A DNA stretch of 64,000 nt from NCBI GenBank assembly GCA_965205655.1, contig CBDBIJ010000022.1:96001-160000 (forward strand), read 5' to 3'. Under the pieces are notes generated by a model. The model was not told where the DNA came from, made no database searches, and saw only the letters and a program-made list of their open reading frames with translations. Shown one piece after another: positions 57,307 to 64,000 of the stretch (within the stretch, counting starts at the first letter, position 1; every line of letters starts with the position of its first letter). Made by a program: the position numbers and the translations under genes. This DNA is from Candidatus Latescibacterota bacterium (GTDB lineage: Bacteria > Latescibacterota > UBA2968 > UBA8231).

Positions 57307-58068
57307 CTAGGTGACACGCGCATAGCGGACCTCACTTGCGATGTCCCGGATGCAGCTAGATTTACCTGTCTCCAGTAGAAAAGCCGTGAGCTCGTCGAAG
57401 AAAGTCCGTGTGCCTTTCCCTGCACACACGTGCACGTCTACGTCGGCTGGGCTTGCGTCCTGCAGTCGCGAGGTGCAGGACTTGAACAGCTCGTAGGCGT
57501 CAGATCCCGCTGAGTTCAGATATATGTGAATGGGGTGAAAGTTGATCACCCTCACTCCGCCCTCCCGTTCGAGGATGGGCTGCAGGCGCCAGCAAGGATC
57601 CCTGCTCCCCATCTCGAAGTCGTCCTCCCATATGTAGGGAACCCTCACAAGCTCGCGACCTCTCCACCGGTACTCAAATGGTTGCAAATTCTCGCAGTTG
57701 GGCATAAAAATCGACACGTCCGCGGTAATGGGCGTACGCTCCATAACAATCCCTAGAAGACCTGTGTACTGCATCAGACCGTGCGTACGCATGCTGGTGG
57801 CCTGAGGAACCAAGCCAGTGCAGTGGTCGAGCACCACCTCGGGACTCTCCCCATGAGTGGTTCCGGGAAGGAAGTTCGGATGGATGCCAAGCTCGAAGAG
57901 CTCCGGGTAATCCTTCAGCCGCTCGATGGCCGGGCTCATGTGGGTGACGAACCACGTCGCCGGTAAACTTCGCTCGACCAGCTGCGCCGCCACCCAGTCC
58001 ACCACAAAATCCGGCGCCCAGTCCACATCCAGGGTCACAGCCCACCTGTCAGCGCTTTCTCCTACCAT
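57307..58068 (-). CDS. Polysaccharide deacetylase (WbmS-like)
   Basis: TLDVDWAPD, ATWFVTH, ELGIHPNF, RTHG, WEDD and FHPIHIYLN motifs. Confidence 0.75.
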   Translation of the reverse strand: MVGESADRWAVTLDVDWAPDFVVDWVAAQLVERSLPATWFVTHMSPAIERLKDYPELFELGIHPNFLPGTTHGESPEVVLDHCTGLVPQATSMRTHGLMQYTGLLGIVMERTPITADVSIFMPNCENLQPFEYRWRGRELVRVPYIWEDDFEMGSRDPCWRLQPILEREGGVRVINFHPIHIYLNSAGSDAYELFKSCTSRLQDASPADVDVHVCAGKGTRTFFDELTAFLLETGKSSCIRDIASEVRYARVT

Positions 58069-58119
58069 ACGTCCTCAGGCTGCAAGGCTCGCTTCTTTTC
58101 CGATTCGCGAAACCGACAC

Positions 58120-59372
58120 CCGCGAGTTCAACCAGTCAACGCAACACCTTCGTCAACGCAACACCTTCATTGAAGCGTTCTGCGGGTGAAACGAACCCCA
58201 ACGTCTTCCGCGGGCGCTGGTTCAGTTGAAGAGCGACTCTGTTCAGGTCGGCTTGGGAGAATGGCGACAGATCGGTCTTCCTCGGGAAGTACTGTCGAAG
58301 AAGGCGATTCGTGTTCTCATTTGTGCCTCGTTGCCAGGGACTCTGAGGATCACAGAAATACACCTCGACGTCAGTTGCGATCGAGAACTCCTTGTGCCGA
58401 GCTAGCTCCATTCCTCGATCCCAGGTAAGGGACAACCGCACCGCGGAGGAGGGAGTCGTTTCACCTGGCTGATCAGCGCTCTGACAACGGTCTCGGTGTC
58501 TTTGCCGTTGAGCTTCACGAGCATCGTGAACCGAGACTGCCGCTCCACCAACGTGGCGATGTGCGTGTTGTTCGACCCCGAGATCAAGTCTCCCTCCCAG
58601 TGGCCGGGAACGGCGCGGTCCTCGATCTCGGCAGGCCGCTCGCTGATGGATACGGCGTCGACGATCCGGCCCTCTCGGCTGATCGCGTGTGCTTGCCTTC
58701 TTGGATCGCCGCATCATCCTTCGCGTCCGCAGATGCGCAATGAGGTCCTTGTTGAGTGCCCCGCGTGCCTGGATGAAGAGAGTTCGATAGATCGTTTCGT
58801 GGGATATCTGCATATTTCCTAAAAGCGCATACTCCCGCTTCAGCCATCCCGATATCTGCTCAGGTGACCACTTCAGGCGTAGCTTGTCCGCCACGACTCG
58901 CCGCAAACGAAGATTGGATGCGAGTCGGCAGCATTTCGGCCGGCTGGCGCGCGTCCAGGCTGCTTGGTCGGCAACGTTTGCTCGGTACCTTTGCCGCCCG
59001 CCATTGCGGGCAATCTCTCGGCTAACCGTCGAGGGTGCACGCTCAACAGCGGCCGCAATTATTCGTATCGATTTTCCCGCAGCGATACCTCGAGAGATCT
59101 CTTCACGCTCTTCCCAGCCAAGAGCCCATCGAGAGCGTCGACGCGGCATTGGTACGATGCCCCCATTGGCGGTGATGACACCATGAATCGACGCCGGATG
59201 CTTCCCGAGCGCCCGACCAATATCGCTATGCGACTGGCCGCTCTTCCATCGACGCCATACCTCCAACTTCTGTGACGCGGACAATCCTGGTCGTCCCATT
59301 TGAGCCATGTGCAACATCTCCTATGATTAGATTAGTGGGGAGAATGTTGCATTGACCGATTGAATATACCCC
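58120..59372 (-). mobile_element. IS30-family insertion sequence, copy 2 (transposase 58136-59317 with two compensating frameshifts)
   Basis: Reverse complement of 29004-30253 apart from a few substitutions, +1 nt at ~58670 and +2 nt at ~58450. Confidence 0.9.
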
Positions 59373-59379
59373 GCCTTCT

Positions 59380-60183
59380 CTACCTTCTCTGAATCACATA
59401 CAGCATGTTGTAGCTGAACCGCTCAAACTCCGGGCCGGACAGCTGCTGGCTTGCGCGCCGTGCAACGGCATTGATGTTGGCGTCATGACGAGGCTGCTCC
59501 GGGGCGACCAACAATGGGTGGAAAACCCTGGACAGGAATAGATAGGCGCCGTAGTGACCGCACTTCACGATATCGAATCGAGAGTCCAGAAAAGGCAGGA
59601 ACTCTGCTTCGAGCAGGTTGCGGTTGTATTCGACCGCCTTGATTTCGGACAGACCAAGCGCTCTCCTCACCTCGTTCAGGTTGTCGAGTCTTTCCTGAAA
59701 ACCCTCACTCAAAATCAAGAATCCGCCAGGACGCAGGAGATCAGCGAGCTCCTCAAGCGCCCTTCTTTGGAGCTCCCAGTTCGGAAGATTGATAAGACAA
59801 CGCTGGGATATGATACAGTCATATGACTCATCGTTGACTAGGCTCTTCACATCCAACACGGACCCCTGCAGGAATTCGACATTGTCCACACACTCCTCCC
59901 TCGTTCTCTTCATAGCGATTGCCAGCAGACTTTCCGAGATATCCAGAGCGTCAAGATGGTCAACGCGCCCCGCATAGTGCATGCTGTGGAATCCATCGCC
60001 ACATCCCACCTCGAGAGCTTTGTGAGAGAGGTCCAGGTTGTCGGCAATTGCTTCCCTTTCCAGCTCCCCAAGGAAAGGATCGCGCGACGTCGGTGTAACG
60101 CATCCGACGGCGGGGTACTCTTCCCCCGCCCTTTCCCAGTGCTCACGTATCTGCTCTATATCCATCGCCGAATCGAATCCCAT
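59380..60183 (-). CDS. Class I SAM-dependent methyltransferase
   Basis: LEVGCGDG, LDIS, RCLINL and LRPGG motifs. Start at 60183 or 60165. Confidence 0.85.
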   Translation of the reverse strand: MGFDSAMDIEQIREHWERAGEEYPAVGCVTPTSRDPFLGELEREAIADNLDLSHKALEVGCGDGFHSMHYAGRVDHLDALDISESLLAIAMKRTREECVDNVEFLQGSVLDVKSLVNDESYDCIISQRCLINLPNWELQRRALEELADLLRPGGFLILSEGFQERLDNLNEVRRALGLSEIKAVEYNRNLLEAEFLPFLDSRFDIVKCGHYGAYLFLSRVFHPLLVAPEQPRHDANINAVARRASQQLSGPEFERFSYNMLYVIQRR

Positions 60184-60197
60184 GTGCTTCCAGCGAC

Positions 60198-61250
60198 TCA
60201 ATGCCTCACGGCTCTCACCGTAAAGCCACTCTCCTCCTCCCTGAACCACTCGATGGCCAGTCCCGCATCGGCGCACCACTCCCTGACTTCCTCTGCTGTG
60301 TGACGATGGGCGTACCGCGGTCGGTACCAGTCGAAGTTAACGTGGACGTTCTCTTCGAAGGACCGGGTCTCGTTCCAGTAGAGTTTGGCGAAATGCCAGT
60401 AGATCAAGCGCTGCACGTCGTGCTTTCCGCTTCGAATTCCCAGCAGAGGGACGTCGTCCTCCAATTCTACCTCGACATCGAGTTCCGAGAGCATTTTGCC
60501 CAAACTCGTGAGGCTGCGCATCGCTGCCCACGCCTCCTCGTCACTCATGTCGGCGATCTGTTCACGGACGTAATCGTCAGTAAACTCGCGTACCGGGCCT
60601 TTGCGTCGGTAAACGTAGAAGTGGAACTCTCCGCCCGTATTCAGGAGCCGGACCGTCGACATGAAAGCCTTTCGGGTGGAGGGTGTATGGTGCAGTACTC
60701 CCTCCGAAAAAATGGCATCGCAGCAGCCGGCCGGCAGCGGCAATTCGTTGACGTCGGCCTGGATGAAGTGGGTGTTGGGAACCTGCGCCAACCGCTCCGC
60801 GGCGACGTCGATAGCGCGCGAGATGTCCGCGCCTATCCACATGCAATCTCCGGTCCAGTGAGGGGAATCCAGCCACAGGGATGAGGAAAACCCACTCCCA
60901 CACCCCGCGTCCAGCACTATCTCACGCCCGTTGAAGAAATCTGCCCATTGCTTCACCGATTCGAAGCCATAGCGCTCGAGGGCCCATTCCGTATGCCCTT
61001 CTCGAACTGCCAGAGAATCATAGGAGTCTCTTCTCTCCCACTTAAATGCGAAGGCGTCACTCGTTTGCTGCTGGCCCTCATCCTCGGTGAGCACGAATCG
61101 GGGAATACCTGCCTCTATCGGATAACGCCTGCCGCACTCATTGTCCAGTAAGCCGCTACGGACCTCGCCGTTCTCAAGTGTCGTTTTCGTCAACTTGAGC
61201 GGCTTCTTGCTCTCCGGATCTACCAGCAGCTCTACGAGATTACGCTTCAT
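60198..61250 (-). CDS. Class I SAM-dependent methyltransferase with N-terminal Trm112-like domain
   Basis: LLVDP...L......YPI..GIPRF, then LDAGCGSG, GVLHHTP and FDWY.P motifs. Confidence 0.85.
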   Translation of the reverse strand: MKRNLVELLVDPESKKPLKLTKTTLENGEVRSGLLDNECGRRYPIEAGIPRFVLTEDEGQQQTSDAFAFKWERRDSYDSLAVREGHTEWALERYGFESVKQWADFFNGREIVLDAGCGSGFSSSLWLDSPHWTGDCMWIGADISRAIDVAAERLAQVPNTHFIQADVNELPLPAGCCDAIFSEGVLHHTPSTRKAFMSTVRLLNTGGEFHFYVYRRKGPVREFTDDYVREQIADMSDEEAWAAMRSLTSLGKMLSELDVEVELEDDVPLLGIRSGKHDVQRLIYWHFAKLYWNETRSFEENVHVNFDWYRPRYAHRHTAEEVREWCADAGLAIEWFREEESGFTVRAVRH

Positions 61251-61258
61251 TGAGCGCC

Positions 61259-63142
61259 TCAGGCATTGACCTCGAACTTGCGACACCACCACTCCAAGCT
61301 GAGCAAAGACCAGATCAGGAGGCGGTGATTCGACTTCCCTTCGCTGTGCTCGTCCAACTTGCCGTTCACGAAGCCCGGCTGCAGGAAATCGTATATGCGC
61401 GCCCGCGAGTCGAGCAGCGTGTCGCGCACGTAGTCGATGCTCTCGCCGCGGAACCACGACGCGTCGGGGGCGCTGAAGCCCTGCTTGGTCAGCTCCGTGA
61501 CCTCCCGCGGGATCAGCCGTGACATCGCCTTGCGCAGCAGGATCTTGCCGTCCCTCGTACGGCTGAAGTGGCGCAAAAGCTTTCCCGGCTCGTTCTCGTC
61601 GATGCGGACAACATCGTCGAAACTGGCGATCTTGGATCGTACCGGAACCTTCATGGCAAAATCCACCAGGTCGTTGTCCATGAACGGCACTCGCGTCTCC
61701 AGGGAGTGAGCCATGCTGAGCTTGTCTTCCACAACATAGAGCCCGTGCAGGAAAGTCTTGATCTCGAAGTAGAGCGACTTGTTCACGTACTCCTCAGGTG
61801 CGTTCAGCTCGAAGGGAGTGCCGTTGAAGACGTCGCAGAATGCCTCGTAGGGGTTGTGGTCACCGATGCGACGCCGGGCCTCGCCGTTGAAGCACTCCTG
61901 CCGCTCGCTCTCGGAGACGATCCGCTGCCAGTAGTCATAGTAGCGTCCCAGATAGTCGTCGCGGTTTACGCTGCCCACAGCGCGGTAGTAGCGCCACGGA
62001 TAACCGCCAAATAGCTCATCTCCGCCGATGCCCGAGAGCACCACCTTGACGAACTTCGACGCCAGACGTGAGACGTAATAATTGGGATAGCACTGCCCCA
62101 CGCGCAGGTCCTCCAGATGCCAGATCAACTCAGGCATCACCGCTTCCATATCTCCCGCTTTGAGGACCACCTCGTAATGTTCGCTTTTAAACAACCATGA
62201 CATGGCTTCGGCCTTGGCACGCTCGTCGAATCCCAGCTCAAGACCCGATGCGGAGTTCAGGTCGAAGCCGCACGTGAAGGTTGAAATGCGCGGGATGTGG
62301 CGCGCGGCGAGTGCCGTCACCGAGCCAGAGTCCATGCCGCCGCTCAGATAGCTGCCCACGGGCACGTCGCTGACCAGCTGGCGCTGCACTGCCTGTTCGA
62401 AGAGCCGGTAGAGCTCCTCTTCAGTCTCTCGCTCGTCCGTGAGAGCGCCGTCCTCGGTGAAGTCGTAGTCCCAGTACCTCCTCAGCGTGGAGATGTGCGA
62501 GTTACCAAGCTCCAGGGTGAGTGTATGGGCCGGTGGCAACAGACGGATACCCTCGAAGAGGGTCCGGTCTGAAAGGATGTTCTGGAAAGAGAGGTACTCA
62601 TTCAGCGCCTCGTAGGAGATCTGTCGTTCGATCTCTGGGCAGGTCAGAATTGCTTTGATTTCGGAGGCGAAGATCAACCGTTTGCCGTCCATATGGTAGT
62701 AGAGCGGCTTGACGCCATAGCGATCCCGAGCCAGGAACAGGTGCTGGCGGCGACGGTCCCAGATAGCGAAGGCGAACATACCGTTGAATCTCTCAACGGC
62801 TGCCTCGCCCCATTCCGCGTAGGCATGCAGCACCACTTCCGTGTCGGTGCGCGACCGGAAGGCGTACCCCTTGGCCTCGAGCTCGACGCGTAGCTCCTGG
62901 AAGTTATAGACCTCGCCGTTGTAGACGATAACATTGTCCCCGGCCGCATCGGCCATGGGCTGGTGCCCGGCCGGCGACAGGTCTATGACGGCCAGCCGGC
63001 GATGTCCGAGGCCGACAAAGCTGTCGGTGTAGAAGCCCTCGCCATCGGGTCCTCGGTGGGCGATGGCATCGGTCATCCCGCGCAACACAGTCGCGGCGAC
63101 CGATGATCCATCGACGTTGAAAATGCCAGCGATTCCGCACAT
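61259..63142 (-). CDS. asnB: Asparagine synthase (glutamine-hydrolyzing) family amidotransferase, probably sugar-amidating
   Basis: MCGIAG, HRGPD, LSGGMDS, GGDELFGGY and ETRVPF motifs. Confidence 0.92.
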   Translation of the reverse strand: MCGIAGIFNVDGSSVAATVLRGMTDAIAHRGPDGEGFYTDSFVGLGHRRLAVIDLSPAGHQPMADAAGDNVIVYNGEVYNFQELRVELEAKGYAFRSRTDTEVVLHAYAEWGEAAVERFNGMFAFAIWDRRRQHLFLARDRYGVKPLYYHMDGKRLIFASEIKAILTCPEIERQISYEALNEYLSFQNILSDRTLFEGIRLLPPAHTLTLELGNSHISTLRRYWDYDFTEDGALTDERETEEELYRLFEQAVQRQLVSDVPVGSYLSGGMDSGSVTALAARHIPRISTFTCGFDLNSASGLELGFDERAKAEAMSWLFKSEHYEVVLKAGDMEAVMPELIWHLEDLRVGQCYPNYYVSRLASKFVKVVLSGIGGDELFGGYPWRYYRAVGSVNRDDYLGRYYDYWQRIVSESERQECFNGEARRRIGDHNPYEAFCDVFNGTPFELNAPEEYVNKSLYFEIKTFLHGLYVVEDKLSMAHSLETRVPFMDNDLVDFAMKVPVRSKIASFDDVVRIDENEPGKLLRHFSRTRDGKILLRKAMSRLIPREVTELTKQGFSAPDASWFRGESIDYVRDTLLDSRARIYDFLQPGFVNGKLDEHSEGKSNHRLLIWSLLSLEWWCRKFEVNA

Positions 63143-63147
63143 AACGT

Positions 63148-64000
63148 CTATTTCTGGCTACCAATCAATTCCAGGACGCGGTCCACGTCCTCGTCACGCA
63201 TCTGGGTGAACAGAGGCAGGGCAACCGACAGGCGGTCGGCGGCCAGTGTTTGAGGAAAGTCCTCGGCTTCCAGCCCGTATTTGTTCGCATAATACTCTTG
63301 TAGATGCACCGCATGGGTGCCCGGCCTTGTCGCAACACCGCCGGCTTCGAGGGCCTCCATGATGCGTACCCGCCTCTCATTCAGGTGTTCGAGGTCCTCG
63401 GCTCCATTCTTCAACTGGTCGCCAAAAAACAGGCAGACGTAGCTCTGATAGCTGTGCACACTGCCCGCCGGGCTCACCGGGGGATCCACCCAGGCCAGAT
63501 CGCGCAAACCCTCATCGTAACGGGCTGCAAGCTCCCGCCGACGCCTCGAGATCGCTTCGAGCTTGCCCATCTGCGCCACTCCAACGGCCCCCTGCAGGTC
63601 GGTCATGCGGTAGTTGTAGCCCAGATGCGCAAAGTCGGGCAGTATGTAGCTTCCGGGATGCTTGTGACGGTCTCGGTCCGAGCGTGAGGCCCCGTGGTCC
63701 CTTCGAGACCGGCAGGTCGCGGCCATGTCTTCGTCGTCCGTGATCACCATCCCGCCTTCCCCGGTGGTGATGAGCTTGCGGGGGTGAAAACTGAAGCAGC
63801 CGGCGCTCCCGAAGCGGCCGGCGTGATCACCCTGGTACCAGGAGTCGAGGGCGCAGGCGGCATCTTCGATGATTTCCAGGTTGTGTGCGTTCGCCAAAGC
63901 GACGAGAGGCGCCATGTCAGCGCACAGTCCGAACAAGTGAACGGGCATTACGGCCCGAGTTCGAGGCGTGATCAGTTTCTCCGTCGCCGCCACATCGATG
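63148..64000 (-). CDS. DegT/DnrJ/EryC1/StrS PLP-dependent sugar aminotransferase (5' end outside window)
   Basis: PVHLFG, EDAAC, SFHPRK.ITTGEGG and GYNYRM motifs. Confidence 0.92.
   Translation of the reverse strand, partial: IDVAATEKLITPRTRAVMPVHLFGLCADMAPLVALANAHNLEIIEDAACALDSWYQGDHAGRFGSAGCFSFHPRKLITTGEGGMVITDDEDMAATCRSRRDHGASRSDRDRHKHPGSYILPDFAHLGYNYRMTDLQGAVGVAQMGKLEAISRRRRELAARYDEGLRDLAWVDPPVSPAGSVHSYQSYVCLFFGDQLKNGAEDLEHLNERRVRIMEALEAGGVATRPGTHAVHLQEYYANKYGLEAEDFPQTLAADRLSVALPLFTQMRDEDVDRVLELIGSQK

Noticed and set aside
29004..59372. Composite transposon bounded by the two IS30 copies
   Set aside because: The glycan operon continues uninterrupted in content on both sides of copy 2, which fits independent insertions better.
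1..64000. CRISPR array, tRNA or rRNA genes
   Set aside because: No regularly spaced direct repeats and no recognisable tRNA or rRNA sequence seen by eye.

Overview
A GC-rich bacterial chromosomal window from a Gram-negative-type (diderm) organism, as shown by a TonB-dependent receptor, an Omp85 protein, a porin and Wzm/Wzt. The first ~42 kb holds catabolic and housekeeping genes: propionyl-CoA synthetase, PhyH dioxygenase, two beta-propeller unknowns, a GHL6-like and a GH127 glycosidase, an enolase-family dehydratase, SDRs, MmgE/PrpD, an aldo/keto reductase, aldolases and DUF2089/DUF4097. It also contains a complete TPP-riboswitch-controlled thiamine salvage operon (TBDR-thiN-sodium:solute symporter). 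From ~43 kb to the end runs a minus-strand surface-polysaccharide locus with many tailoring enzymes: aminotransferase, AsnB amidotransferase, four methyltransferase-type genes, formyltransferase, deacetylases, radical SAMs, a NoeA-like/sulfatase-like/small-protein module and Wzm/Wzt. Four IS copies are present. An IS256 splits an M28 peptidase (9-bp TSD), an IS1380 splits an Omp85 gene (4-bp TSD), and two inverted IS30 copies sit ~28 kb apart. Several genes look eroded by internal deletions or an amber codon, and many carry single-base indels that may be assembly errors. The best candidates for undescribed biology are a His-rich tandem-duplicated unknown protein coupled to two SDRs opposite MmgE/PrpD, and the tailoring modules of the glycan locus. 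All family assignments come from motif recognition; no database searches were run.
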